DNA of 63,571 bases from a virus (IMGVR_UViG_3300032214_000555:1-63571); one strand, 5' to 3'. Counted from the first letter of the stretch, positions 46,539 through 56,739 are shown. Numbers and translations are program-made. The notes: generated by a model not told the origin, from the sequence alone.

Positions 46539-46733
46539 ATGACATTAGAACAGGCAGAATTTGTTAAAGAATTTAGAGTTGTATTAGGGTATAGTTGGAG
46601 AGCAATCCATATTGAGTGGTGTGACCAATATGAGAATAATACAATTCAGAAAGGAAATCAGTTGAAAGGTATGGAGTTGTGTAAAGAAGCAATGAAACTA
46701 CTAAATGAGAAAATGGAAGATGGTTGGAGCTAA
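46539..46733 (+). CDS. Hypothetical protein
   Basis: YSWRAI..GNQL.G.ELC. Confidence 0.7.
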   Translation: MTLEQAEFVKEFRVVLGYSWRAIHIEWCDQYENNTIQKGNQLKGMELCKEAMKLLNEKMEDGWS

Positions 46734-46832
46734 TATGTTATATAAAATAGGAGTTGTAATTGGAATATTTGTCAGCATTACCTTACTAAAATGGTTTGAA
46801 AATGGTAGTGTAAAAAGAAGAAAAGCAAAGAA

Positions 46833-47042
46833 ATGGAACAAAAACCGTTAAGTTTAGGCATCGAAGTGATGACCGGAATACAGAATGAATCTAATAAATT
46901 CATCGAATCCTTAAAGCAAGCAAACGAACACTTTTTGATATGTAAATCTGAGGAGTGGTATGAGGGTTGTAAGGAGGGATACGAATTAGGATTGATACAA
47001 ATGCACTTAAATATAATTAGAAATGAATCAGAAACTGAATGA
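46833..47042 (+). CDS. Hypothetical protein
   Basis: ORF in operon. Confidence 0.6.
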   Translation: MEQKPLSLGIEVMTGIQNESNKFIESLKQANEHFLICKSEEWYEGCKEGYELGLIQMHLNIIRNESETE

Positions 47043-47141
47043 TTTTAAAGATTTTGGCATAGGTTGCCTGATATATGTTGGTGGTGTTCTTGCCACTATT
47101 TGGATATTGGAGGTAATATTAACATTATTATTTGGATAAAT

Positions 47142-47348
47142 ATGAAAAAGAAAATAGATTATATCATAAGAAAATTTGATGAATGGACGGCAATTTGGGT
47201 AGTATTTGGAATACTAGCATCTGCCGTATCATTCCAAATGTTCTATATTTTACACCTAAAATCACAACTTAAACTGTTTCAAACACATGAAAAAACTGCT
47301 CCTATTGCTGGGACTGACTCTGTCCTCATTCAAAAACGAACCCGATAA
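47142..47348 (+). CDS. Small membrane protein
   Basis: One TM; start moved to ATG. Confidence 0.55.
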   Translation: MKKKIDYIIRKFDEWTAIWVVFGILASAVSFQMFYILHLKSQLKLFQTHEKTAPIAGTDSVLIQKRTR

Positions 47349-47871
47349 AATCCTATTTGTAGGTGATTCACTAACCGCATATAGTGGTGGGTGGCAACAC
47401 CAAATGAGTAGAATGCTACACGCAAAATACACCAATATTTCAAAGGGTGGGAAGCGGACTAAATGGATGGTAAATGAGTTAAAAAAACACGCAGATAATT
47501 CAGCAGGTTATACCAAAGTGGTAATCTACGGGGGTATTAACGACTCATTTAGTAGTGTTAAAGAGGACGATACGATTGACAACATAGCAAATATGGTTTA
47601 TATTGCAAAGGAAATGGGTGCAGAACCTATTGTCGTTGTAGGATATAACCCACAAAAGGTGAATGTTCGAACGATGTATTCAAACGAAATCGAAACGAAA
47701 TGCCGGAATAGATACATCAAATTACAGAAACGTATCCAAAAGGATATAACGATGTGCAATGTAATACCTATGGAGAATACAATAGACCGAACTGATTCTG
47801 ATGATGGTATTCACTTAAAGGCAAGTGGACATCAAAAATTCTATAAATGGGTGGTTAAAAACTTAGAATAA
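47287..47871 (+). CDS. SGNH/GDSL hydrolase, secreted
   Basis: FVGDSLT, GGIND, DGIH; signal peptide. Confidence 0.9.
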   Translation: MKKLLLLLGLTLSSFKNEPDKILFVGDSLTAYSGGWQHQMSRMLHAKYTNISKGGKRTKWMVNELKKHADNSAGYTKVVIYGGINDSFSSVKEDDTIDNIANMVYIAKEMGAEPIVVVGYNPQKVNVRTMYSNEIETKCRNRYIKLQKRIQKDITMCNVIPMENTIDRTDSDDGIHLKASGHQKFYKWVVKNLE

Positions 47872-47872
47872 A

Positions 47873-48232
47873 ATGCAAAAAATACAGATAACAAACCCTG
47901 AAAGACTCAATGAGTTTAAGTTCCAAATAGATGGAGCACCATTTGTTGTCAAGTATTTAGGGACTAATGCAACGTTGGGTGGAGATAACATCTATTGGTC
48001 TATCTACCAGAAAGATGATATATCTAAGGATTATCGTATTAGTTTGATGAAACAGGCAGAACCTGACGAGGATGGACGTGAAATAAAACATAGAGTTATT
48101 ATCAATAATCCAGATAACGGTTATTCTCGTGCAATATTTGTATATGGTTCTACCTTATGGGATATGGCAGAGTTCTGTAATATCCTAATGAAAGAGGTTA
48201 TTAGGTTTGAACAGAAATATTTACCGTTTTAG
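47873..48232 (+). CDS. LxIxN-family paralog
   Basis: IQITNPERL. Confidence 0.7.
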   Translation: MQKIQITNPERLNEFKFQIDGAPFVVKYLGTNATLGGDNIYWSIYQKDDISKDYRISLMKQAEPDEDGREIKHRVIINNPDNGYSRAIFVYGSTLWDMAEFCNILMKEVIRFEQKYLPF

Positions 48233-48234
48233 AA

Positions 48235-48753
48235 ATGAAAGGTTTGGAGTATTCAGAAATGATGATGGAGTTGGCAAAAGCAACTACCGAACTAAATATG
48301 GCACATAAACAAGCAGTAGCAACAATGCAAGCAATGGCAAACGAAGTAGATGAAACAAGCAAACTAACGATACAGGGTTACACCAATATAATAGGTGGAA
48401 CTATGGGTAAAAGATTGGTAGTATCGGATGTCAAAGTAAATACGAATACCTATATATTTGAAGTCCAAAACAGAGATACATTTGAGTCACAAATAGTGCA
48501 TTTGGATAGAATGCCTGAGGTAGAAAAACGTGGAAATGGATTTGATGCATATAGATTGCACATTCCGTATGGTATGTTACCACCTGGTGCATCCGTTAAT
48601 GAAAGTTGGACGTTGGTAGGTAAAGGGTTGATAAGAGATAAGAATAGTGTATTAAACTGCCTGTGGAAAATAATAGGTAACTCTACCGATTTGGACGATG
48701 ATAAGGAAGCAATAGGATACGACCCAAATACTTTCACTATAACATACAGATAA
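48235..48753 (+). CDS. LxIxN-family paralog with N-terminal extension
   Basis: Internal LTIQGYTNII. Confidence 0.7.
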   Translation: MKGLEYSEMMMELAKATTELNMAHKQAVATMQAMANEVDETSKLTIQGYTNIIGGTMGKRLVVSDVKVNTNTYIFEVQNRDTFESQIVHLDRMPEVEKRGNGFDAYRLHIPYGMLPPGASVNESWTLVGKGLIRDKNSVLNCLWKIIGNSTDLDDDKEAIGYDPNTFTITYR

Positions 48754-48756
48754 TAG

Positions 48757-49212
48757 ATGCTGACAATACCACATCCTGAGAAACTAAACGGTCAAATCCA
48801 AATTGACGATATGAAATACGATTTGAAATGGAAGTATGATAATGCAAACTTCTATATCTTTTCGGTAGACCAGGTAAGACCTACACTATATCATGCTGGC
48901 ACACCTGACCCTAGATTATTCACACTTAAAATCCATAGAAATTACGCAACAATAGATGATATTGGTGAGGACATATATAATAATATAGGGGTAAAAAAGA
49001 TAGTGACAATTAGATTGCAATATTTGCAGGAAAAGGTAGTGCATATGATAAGTCTGACTGACCTAAAAGATTTACAGAGATTTAAAAGAGTAATAGAAGG
49101 AATGATAATAGGTTTGAATGAAAAACTGGATAAAAATTGGAAATTACCACTACCACCACTAACCCAATGGGGTACTGCTATGACACATTCAACATCACAT
49201 GGAACATGGTAG
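48757..49212 (+). CDS. LxIxN-family paralog
   Basis: MLTIPHPEKL. Confidence 0.7.
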   Translation: MLTIPHPEKLNGQIQIDDMKYDLKWKYDNANFYIFSVDQVRPTLYHAGTPDPRLFTLKIHRNYATIDDIGEDIYNNIGVKKIVTIRLQYLQEKVVHMISLTDLKDLQRFKRVIEGMIIGLNEKLDKNWKLPLPPLTQWGTAMTHSTSHGTW

Positions 49213-49613
49213 ATAATAAACGACTTACGATAAAGAACATAGAGAATATATCAGGAGCTAAACTACCTAATTTGGACGGATGGACAATAGGATATATTCA
49301 GGACAAAGGACATATCTACGAAATAGATATACAACAAAACCATACACTCAAAATGGTACTGCATGTAAGTAGAGATAATCCATATTTTGGATGGAATAAA
49401 GATATTTATACCTGCACTTTATTAGGGGCAAATGGTAGTAAATACAAATGGGAATTACAAAGGGAGATGTTCAAAACCAAATTAGGATTCATCAAATGTG
49501 TAGGGGATATGGTATTGAAATTGAAACGAGATATAGACGAACAGAATTTCATTGCTAGTTTACCGTCTGTATCTGCGGGTACGCATATAACACAATCCTA
49601 TAATCCGTTTTAA
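49206..49613 (+). CDS. LxIxN-family paralog
   Basis: MVDNKRLTIKNIENI; start moved. Confidence 0.7.
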   Translation: MVDNKRLTIKNIENISGAKLPNLDGWTIGYIQDKGHIYEIDIQQNHTLKMVLHVSRDNPYFGWNKDIYTCTLLGANGSKYKWELQREMFKTKLGFIKCVGDMVLKLKRDIDEQNFIASLPSVSAGTHITQSYNPF

Positions 49614-50280
49614 CATTCAAAACCAAATCTGACACATATAATAAAAATAATTCAGCAAGGACTACAAATACTAACCTGAATAAAGAATAAGATATATAAG
49701 ATAGTAGTATAGATACATAACATAACGTACATACATAAGGGAGTATAGACACCTATCCGTATAAGGATACACCATTCAGTACCCTACTTTCCCTGCTATC
49801 TACACTCAAAGCAATAGAGTATATCAAATCATTACTGAGAGTATAGCACAATCCATCTATTACACAAAATCATTAAAAATGGTTATAAAGTGTGGTAGGT
49901 GGATTCTGTGTGTCAATATAAGAGATGATATACTAACACACTACAAAGAAAGGTTAAAGAGATAAAAGTATGGCATGAGAACTCTAAGCATCCCACCCAT
50001 TCATGCTTCGCAAGCAGAAAAAAATTTACATAAGTAACCAAAATTTACAAATGTAACACCCCTACACCCCTATGCTTTTGTACTATTCCAAGCCTGATTA
50101 GATATTTAAACAAATGTCTAAACGTTCATAGCAGCTCATACGATTAGATTCCCCCATACCGAGATAAAAAGATTTCTACAAAGCAGAAATTGTATTATTC
50201 CGATGTAGTTCTGTTATATAATTTACATTATGTTAAGTAGAAAAATTATTCTAAGAAGTTATTTAACGGTTAAAAATAAT
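49614..50280. other. Long non-coding region
   Basis: No credible ORF in an otherwise gene-dense genome. Confidence 0.6.
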
Positions 50281-50288
50281 TGCTGAAT

Positions 50289-50322
50289 GGCTTGATTATA
50301 TCAGAATTATTTCGTATATTGT
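50289..50322 (+). promoter_or_regulatory. Early-type promoter
   Basis: GCTTGA...CGTATATTGT. Confidence 0.6.
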
Positions 50323-50370
50323 GGGAGTGGAGGGCGGGTTCTTAAACTCATTATATATCCCCCAGCTCTG

Positions 50371-50455
50371 TATGACACATTGTCAGTAAAAATAAATTAA
50401 AAAAGACTTGACTTGAATCGATTATTTTTGTACCTTTATTGTATGAGAGAGAGAT
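50371..50455 (+). repeat. Operator-plus-promoter direct repeat, copy 1
   Basis: TGACACATTGTCAGTAAAA..CTTGACTTG..TGTACCTTTATTGTAT. Confidence 0.7.
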
Positions 50456-50481
50456 TGACAGCCCTTCTGATTGTGTTCCTT

Positions 50482-50571
50482 ATGATTACAGAACACCCTT
50501 GCCGTATGCGTGTGAGAGCGATTGAGGTTGAACCTTTACCTAAATCTGAAATTAGTTTTAAACCTGAATAA
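50482..50571 (+). CDS. Tiny hypothetical protein (29 aa)
   Basis: MITEHPCRMRVRAIEVEPLPKSEISFKPE, read by hand after the promoter. Confidence 0.4.
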   Translation: MITEHPCRMRVRAIEVEPLPKSEISFKPE

Positions 50572-50572
50572 T

Positions 50573-50764
50573 ATGAATGATGACTTTTTAATTTTAGACG
50601 ATACAGATATTGAAGTGTTTAATACTTTCTATTACTTCGGTGGTAGGGTGTGTAGTGATGGTACAGAGATGACTCGCTTAGAGAAGTTATTAAGACCTGA
50701 TGAGTCCATTGATAGAATCATTTATTCTTCCTTAAAAAAGAATGACACATTGTCAGTAAAATAA
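50573..50764 (+). CDS. Hypothetical protein
   Basis: Start moved to ATG (MNDDFLIL). Confidence 0.55.
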   Translation: MNDDFLILDDTDIEVFNTFYYFGGRVCSDGTEMTRLEKLLRPDESIDRIIYSSLKKNDTLSVK

Positions 50765-50823
50765 TTTATGATTTGCTTGACTTGTATTGATTTATTTTGT
50801 ATCTTTATTGTATAGAGTGAGGG
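50741..50823 (+). repeat. Operator-plus-promoter direct repeat, copy 2
   Basis: TGACACATTGTCAGTAAAA..CTTGACTTG..TGTATCTTTATTGTAT. Confidence 0.7.
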
Positions 50824-50851
50824 ACGTTCCTCCTCTGAGATTTTTTGAGTT

Positions 50852-51052
50852 ATGACTAATGCAGAGATTGTTGAGATGAGTGTTGTTGAGTATTGTGATT
50901 TGTTAGTTGCTATGGCTGAGTTCAACGGTCATAACGACCCCCATAAGACCAACTGGGATTACTGCCGTTGGTGGGGTGTAGTGAGTGAAGAGCGTTATGA
51001 CGAGGCGATTGCCGAGTTAGCATCGCGTGGGTATGAGAGTTGGAATAACTAA
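50852..51052 (+). CDS. Hypothetical protein
   Basis: ORF after promoter and hairpin. Confidence 0.7.
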   Translation: MTNAEIVEMSVVEYCDLLVAMAEFNGHNDPHKTNWDYCRWWGVVSEERYDEAIAELASRGYESWNN

Positions 51053-51160
51053 TTCGGACATGAGTAGAAATAATATTACCTAAGTCCACAGTAGTAGACA
51101 CAGTAGGTATATAAGATATGTGTTTGGTTTAATTTGTTTTTTTAAATGGTTTTAGTATAG

Positions 51161-51194
51161 AAAGCGGGAGGGCATTGCTCTTCTGCTTTTTTTT
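51161..51194 (+). terminator. Intrinsic terminator
   Basis: AAAGCGGGAGGGC-ATT-GCTCTTCTGC-T8. Confidence 0.8.
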
Positions 51195-51418
51195 ATACAT
51201 TTGTATATTTAGTTAAAAGGCTAAATGTGACAACTGAATATCGTGTAACTAAGAATATGACAAGTTGTCATACACCGGTCGGACTCGTTTAAATATCGGG
51301 GCCGAAATTTTTGTGGTGGAAACCCTTTTTGACATAATAGTGTGATACACTACAACTGTAAAACCCCCTCTATTTAACGTATTGAGGGTATTGAGGTAAA
51401 ACTAAAAGAGCTAGGATT

Positions 51419-51784
51419 ATGATAAGACCAGAAGTGTATGAGAAAGTATCGGATACGTTTGGAGTATCCATAGGTGTAGCAAACTTAATGAATGTATCTC
51501 CTATAACTGAAATAAAGGAGGAGGTAGATAAAAAGGTTTACAATGGGTTCAGAAACGAATTAAAGATTAATGGGGTTATAGGAAGAGCAATAGATACTCT
51601 CAGATATAAGGATTTACAAAGAGAATTGTATAAGTTAAAGAGAGAGTACGATGGTAAGAAAATCTCCGAATTAACTATTTATAACAGAGCATGGGGTAAC
51701 GTAGTAAACAAACCCGATAGTGTAAGAAATGGAAATAACAAAACAAAATCAGAATCCGGAGAGGTACTCAAAGCAGAACAGTAA
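51419..51784 (+). CDS. Hypothetical protein
   Basis: 121-aa ORF. Confidence 0.65.
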   Translation: MIRPEVYEKVSDTFGVSIGVANLMNVSPITEIKEEVDKKVYNGFRNELKINGVIGRAIDTLRYKDLQRELYKLKREYDGKKISELTIYNRAWGNVVNKPDSVRNGNNKTKSESGEVLKAEQ

Positions 51785-52766
51785 GTGGAGAATCTCTGCT
51801 TTACCTACACCTGCTACCTCAAAAGAACAACGAGAAATCAAACCCCTTACATTCGATGTAGGATTACCGTTAGATAATATCAAAGCAGTATTAGATGTTG
51901 ATGGGATTGTGGTTAAAGTAGGTACGGATTATTTGTGTTCTAAGAAAACCTTAAAGGTTATAACCGATTCGGATAATCCACACTACGATATAGTAGCAAA
52001 CGGAAGGATACCCGTTAAAACAAAAGAGGTTACGATAGGGAAGACTATCCCCATAATTTCGATTGATAATACTCAGTTCTCAGTAATAGGTACTCAGAGA
52101 GATACCGTTAATCAGAATGCAGGTGTTAAATCAGTAGATTACATATATGAGGGAAAACAAACTCAGGGTGTATCAAATAATCTAATCAAACAAATTAATT
52201 ATACATTAGGTGATGGTACAAGACCCGGTGATTCTTTTGAGTTGTACGACCTCAAATTAGCTGACCCGATGGCATACTCCGTTGCACCTCTAATCGTTTC
52301 TACAACGCAAGAGGATGGTAAGTTTGAGAAAGGAAAATTAGAATCCTTTTTGATGGGAACTAAGGAGAGATTGAAGATTCTACAATCGGATTTCGATATG
52401 ATAAGAGAAACCTTCTATAACGGTGCTCCTCCCCAATCCAAAGGAATTCTTAAAATAGATAACCAAGTAGCTTCTGCGCAAGATGATACAACCTTTGAGG
52501 GCTCATACACTAAGAAGAGTTCTGAAACTGTATCCGTACAACAAACACCTGGTGATAAAGCAATCGATGCTCAAAAGAAAGCAACCGAAGAACTGGCTAC
52601 CAAAGCTGCCGATGCTCTCAAATTGGAAACCGATGCATTGAAGACTCAACAAAAATCTCTAAAAGAGAGAATTGCGGATGCGGGTGGTATAACCGATTAC
52701 ATCCGTCAACAAGGTGGTTGGGACAAATTTAGACAATCGTTAAGAGACGAGAAACAAACTAAATAA
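51729..52766 (+). CDS. Hypothetical protein
   Basis: 345-aa ORF with C-terminal coiled coil. Confidence 0.75.
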   Translation: MEITKQNQNPERYSKQNSKWRISALPTPATSKEQREIKPLTFDVGLPLDNIKAVLDVDGIVVKVGTDYLCSKKTLKVITDSDNPHYDIVANGRIPVKTKEVTIGKTIPIISIDNTQFSVIGTQRDTVNQNAGVKSVDYIYEGKQTQGVSNNLIKQINYTLGDGTRPGDSFELYDLKLADPMAYSVAPLIVSTTQEDGKFEKGKLESFLMGTKERLKILQSDFDMIRETFYNGAPPQSKGILKIDNQVASAQDDTTFEGSYTKKSSETVSVQQTPGDKAIDAQKKATEELATKAADALKLETDALKTQQKSLKERIADAGGITDYIRQQGGWDKFRQSLRDEKQTK

Positions 52767-52773
52767 CTAAGTT

Positions 52774-53013
52774 ATGTTAAATGAAAAACAAATCAATTTT
52801 TTGGAAGGATTAGGGGTAGCAATGAGAATCCTTGCCTTTGGTGTTCTATCTATTATGAATAAAGATACACCGTTCCTTGCTATGTGGATTGTGAATACAA
52901 TCGATGCCGTTATACTTACTTATTGTGCTTGGTGGAGACGAAACACTGCCTACATCGCTCTCAATCTATTTTGGTTACTCGTTGGTATTGTTGGTATATG
53001 GAACTCGCTCTAA
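52774..53013 (+). CDS. Small 3-TM membrane protein
   Basis: Hydrophobic; LN.FW..VGI.G. Confidence 0.7.
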   Translation: MLNEKQINFLEGLGVAMRILAFGVLSIMNKDTPFLAMWIVNTIDAVILTYCAWWRRNTAYIALNLFWLLVGIVGIWNSL

Positions 53014-53159
53014 TGTGGTTTTGGATTAAGAATATTGTAATGGGTATTCTCTCTATACCTTTTATCCTTATGGGGGTACTTGCTTTCGTTATAGGGGGAA
53101 TATTCCATTTTCTACCATGGTACATCAAACGATGGTTAAAACGAAGATACTATCAATAG
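53013..53159 (+). CDS. Small membrane protein
   Basis: Start moved to the TAATG-coupled ATG. Confidence 0.6.
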   Translation: MWFWIKNIVMGILSIPFILMGVLAFVIGGIFHFLPWYIKRWLKRRYYQ

Positions 53160-53181
53160 GGTAAAGATATTTCTTTACGAC

Positions 53182-53222
53182 AAATTTTCTTTTTGACGAA
53201 TTTCCCCCCAACCCCCGCCCCT
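53182..53222 (-). repeat. G-run element, copy 2 (inverted)
   Basis: Reverse complement AGGGGCGGGGGTTGGGGGGAAATTCGTCAAAAAGAAAATTT. Confidence 0.75.
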
Positions 53223-53316
53223 CAAAATAATCCTAAAAATAAAGGTTCATTTTTTTGGAAATGTGGATAATTATTAGTATATTTACTATATTCCTACAAC
53301 TACATTTTCGTTACTA

Positions 53317-53619
53317 ATGAACATCTCTGCGTTACATAAACTTGAAAAGGGTTACATCAAGTTAAATTGGAAATCTTACATCCACAAAATCGAATTATCC
53401 AAAGACCATATGGAAACCATCATCGATATGATTGATGTGTTTAAGTTTAATAAGAAAACTGATGAATTGGTTATATTCAGATTTGAAGGTATTCCTGCTT
53501 ATATAACCATTCCCAAAGAAGAGTATAAGGAGTTGTTAGATTGGATGTATGAGAAAATGATACAGTATGAATTTTTCGAAAATTGTCAAAGAATTAATGA
53601 TTTAATAAAAGTGTTATGA
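53317..53619 (+). CDS. Hypothetical protein with UVR-like motif
   Basis: YEFFENCQRINDL. Confidence 0.7.
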   Translation: MNISALHKLEKGYIKLNWKSYIHKIELSKDHMETIIDMIDVFKFNKKTDELVIFRFEGIPAYITIPKEEYKELLDWMYEKMIQYEFFENCQRINDLIKVL

Positions 53620-53834
53620 GTGATATAAAAGACATCGTTAAGAGTTGGTGGACATCCTTTAACCCAACCGAAGAACAATCAAAAGAGGGTGAGAGAAGAT
53701 TATTAATATGTGCCGGATGTGAGAAACGTCAGGAATCAATAGTGTTTGGTTATGTATGTGGACAATGTGGTTGTCCTTTGGGTAAGAAGATATTTTCAGA
53801 TGTTGAGCAACCCTGTCCTCTAAATAAGTGGTAA
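53616..53834 (+). CDS. Cys-rich small protein (DUF6171-like)
   Basis: RLLICAGCE..CGQCGCPL..CPLNKW. Confidence 0.8.
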   Translation: MSDIKDIVKSWWTSFNPTEEQSKEGERRLLICAGCEKRQESIVFGYVCGQCGCPLGKKIFSDVEQPCPLNKW

Positions 53835-53835
53835 T

Positions 53836-54405
53836 ATGGAAAAGATATATTTTGATAATATAGACATATTCGAAAACTTCTTATCAATCGAAGAATGTAA
53901 TTTTATTTTAAATAAATGTAAAAAAGAATTAACATTATCAGAAGCTCAAGTTAGCACTAATAACCCCAACCCACCGTATAAAAGAAGAAAATCATCAGTT
54001 GGTTGGATTTCGGATTTAGAGTTTTTAAATGAAAGGTTGGAAAACAAATTAAGAGAAACTTTTAATATAAATGGTATGGAAGTTACCGGATTAGGAGATT
54101 ATCAATTTACTGAATATAAAGAAGGTGAATATTTTGATTGGCACACCGATAGCACCGATAGCGTATTTACACATAGATTTGCTTCTGTGGTGATTCAATT
54201 AAATGATACATATTCCGATGGTATACTAGAAATTAAAAATATTAAAGAAGAACTAGTACCAATTCAAAATAAAATTGGAACGTTGTATATTTTTAATTCA
54301 AAATTATTGCATAGAGTAACACCTGTAACCGATGGTGTTAGATACTCATTAGTAAATTGGGTATCATTGGTTAGAACAAATTCAGGTAAGCAAAATTTAA
54401 TATGA
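53836..54405 (+). CDS. 2OG-Fe(II) oxygenase (prolyl-hydroxylase/PiuC-like)
   Basis: FDWHTD, LHRVTPV..GVRYSLVNW; ends KQNLI. Confidence 0.9.
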   Translation: MEKIYFDNIDIFENFLSIEECNFILNKCKKELTLSEAQVSTNNPNPPYKRRKSSVGWISDLEFLNERLENKLRETFNINGMEVTGLGDYQFTEYKEGEYFDWHTDSTDSVFTHRFASVVIQLNDTYSDGILEIKNIKEELVPIQNKIGTLYIFNSKLLHRVTPVTDGVRYSLVNWVSLVRTNSGKQNLI

Positions 54406-55019
54406 TAGATGGATACCATATATTTGATGATATAATTTCGGAAACATATCAAACTAAATTAGAAGAATATGTAAAACTTTCAAATTTAAAATGGAATTAT
54501 CAACATAACATAACCGGTGGATATGGGGGTACTGATTCATTAGAATTACCTGCAAATGTTTTAAAAGGTGTTGATATTACAGATACTAATATTCTTAATA
54601 TAATACATTCTATAAAGTTAAATTTACTCAATAAACTTAATTTGGAATTTGTAATGGATTATAGATATAAGATAAATTGGACTACTCCTTTAAGTAAAAA
54701 TTATGATTTTGAAAATCTAATACACATTGATATGGATGTTGACCATATTGCTATTGTTTATTATATAAATGATACCGATGGTAATACCGTTTTTTTAAAC
54801 AACAAAAAAGGAAATTCAGCAGAATCTCATCAAAGTAATCTTAAAGGTATTAAATTGGATGATTTTGAAATAGTAAATAGAATATCTCCTAAAAAGGGAA
54901 GGGCAATTATATTTGATGGTAACATTTATCACTATGGTGAATACCCAACTACAACCGATAGATTTATAATTAATTTTGATTTAGTTGGTAAATGTGGAAA
55001 TATTAATAAATTAATATAA
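54402..55019 (+). CDS. 2OG-Fe(II) oxygenase
   Basis: HID, YYINDTDG.T, PKKGRAIIFDG..YH, RFIINF; ends NKLI. Confidence 0.85.
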   Translation: MIDGYHIFDDIISETYQTKLEEYVKLSNLKWNYQHNITGGYGGTDSLELPANVLKGVDITDTNILNIIHSIKLNLLNKLNLEFVMDYRYKINWTTPLSKNYDFENLIHIDMDVDHIAIVYYINDTDGNTVFLNNKKGNSAESHQSNLKGIKLDDFEIVNRISPKKGRAIIFDGNIYHYGEYPTTTDRFIINFDLVGKCGNINKLI

Positions 55020-55020
55020 T

Positions 55021-55677
55021 ATGGAAAAGATATATTTCGATGACACTACTTTTTTATGGAAAACTAAATTAAATAAATTAGATGATAGGTCATCTTTTTT
55101 AAAAGAAGCCTACTCTGTTATAGAATCACAACCTGATACTAAAACGGATGGATTTGGATATATAAAATACGATAAAACTATTATAAATTTTATTGGTGAA
55201 ATTAATATTAATAGCAAATTAGATGAAGTTGTTCAATTGGGTATTAACATGTGTAAAGAATTATATACACAATCAAATAATAATATATTCAATCGAATTA
55301 ATACCGATTCGTGGGTAAATGTAGTTCGTTCTAAAAATCCGGTTCAACTTGAATTTACATATGAAAAAAATAAAAGGGTAGATAAATTCCATTCTCATAC
55401 CGAAATAAATAAAAGATTTGATTTATTTGTTCCTGATTACACTTATGTATATTACATTCAAATGCCAGATATTATGAATGAAGAAGACGGTGTTTTATAT
55501 TTTAGAGGTGAGAACAAAAAAGAATATTGGATAAAACCAGAAGAAGATGATTTAATTATAATGCCAGGTTGGATGCCACACGCTCCAAACAACGCACCAA
55601 ATGCAACAATTGATAGAGTGGTATTAGCTGGAAATGTTGGGTTTGAATTTATTAAAAAAGAAAAATCCATAATATAA
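55021..55677 (+). CDS. Putative 2OG-Fe(II) oxygenase
   Basis: SWVNV, HSH, YVYY, P.W.PH, RVVLAGN; ends KSII. Confidence 0.8.
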   Translation: MEKIYFDDTTFLWKTKLNKLDDRSSFLKEAYSVIESQPDTKTDGFGYIKYDKTIINFIGEININSKLDEVVQLGINMCKELYTQSNNNIFNRINTDSWVNVVRSKNPVQLEFTYEKNKRVDKFHSHTEINKRFDLFVPDYTYVYYIQMPDIMNEEDGVLYFRGENKKEYWIKPEEDDLIIMPGWMPHAPNNAPNATIDRVVLAGNVGFEFIKKEKSII

Positions 55678-56450
55678 TGTTAATAGATAATAAATTTATA
55701 TATTTAAGTTTACCGAGAAGAGGTTCTACTTCATTTCATTATTCTTGTATATTACATAATTTAGAAATTCAAACTTTAAATGGTTGGAATTTTATGAATA
55801 CAAATGTAGATTTCACTAAAATAGATGAAAATATAATAATGGACCATATTTTTCACGGACATGAATCTTTACTAGAATTGGGTAAAAAGTTCGGATATGG
55901 TTATCCAACGATAGCAGTTAAACGTGATAGGCATGAAACATTTTATTCATTATATAAACATCTACTTTTTGAATTTGAACGTATAGGTGCTAATGAATTT
56001 TATGAACATTTTATAAATATTACATTAGATGATTTATTTTTTTATAAAACAGAACAATTACTAACTAAAAAAGATAGATGGGATATTATATGTGAATATT
56101 TAATAGATAAAAATTTATTACCAAATCGTATTAAAATTCCAATTGGTATTTACGGAACTCCAATTAGCTTAGATTTAGAACAATATATTATTAATGTTAT
56201 TGACCTATTAATAACGCCATCTTCATATTGGCATAACAACGACCCAAATGTTATATGGTTTGATATGAAAAATTTAAAAGTTATGGAAGAATGGGTTTCA
56301 AATATTACAAAAAAACCATTTATATTAAGTAATGTAAATTCAAGCAAACACATGGAAAGTAAATTGGAATTAAATTCCGATTTTATTGAAAGATATAATA
56401 GTATTTATGATTTTTATGATTTACCAAAATCAATTAAAACTTTAATATAA
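55677..56450 (+). CDS. Sulfotransferase-like protein
   Basis: YLSLPRRGSTS PAPS loop; VKRDRHE.F.SLY; VNSSK; ends KTLI. Confidence 0.7.
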   Translation: MLIDNKFIYLSLPRRGSTSFHYSCILHNLEIQTLNGWNFMNTNVDFTKIDENIIMDHIFHGHESLLELGKKFGYGYPTIAVKRDRHETFYSLYKHLLFEFERIGANEFYEHFINITLDDLFFYKTEQLLTKKDRWDIICEYLIDKNLLPNRIKIPIGIYGTPISLDLEQYIINVIDLLITPSSYWHNNDPNVIWFDMKNLKVMEEWVSNITKKPFILSNVNSSKHMESKLELNSDFIERYNSIYDFYDLPKSIKTLI

Positions 56451-56451
56451 T

Positions 56452-56739
56452 ATGATTAATTATAAAGAAATATTTGAAGCTTGGAAAATATCAATGAATC
56501 CAACTAAAAAACAAGAAGAGTTAGCTGAAAAAAGATTGGGGGTGTGTATTGGATGTGAATATAGAACTGAGATAGTAACTGGTCTAAAATGGTCCGAATT
56601 ATGTAGTGCATGTGGGTGTCCTCTAAATAAAAAAGTATTTGCCACAACGTTTAATGCATGTCCAAAGAAAAAATGGGAAGATGTGGATTCGGGATATTTA
56701 GAACCAATACCTGATAAAGATAAAAATTCATTAATTTAA
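56452..56739 (+). CDS. Cys-rich small protein (DUF6171-like), paralog of 53616
   Basis: RLGVCIGCE..CSACGCPL..CPKKKW; ends KNSLI. Confidence 0.8.
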   Translation: MINYKEIFEAWKISMNPTKKQEELAEKRLGVCIGCEYRTEIVTGLKWSELCSACGCPLNKKVFATTFNACPKKKWEDVDSGYLEPIPDKDKNSLI

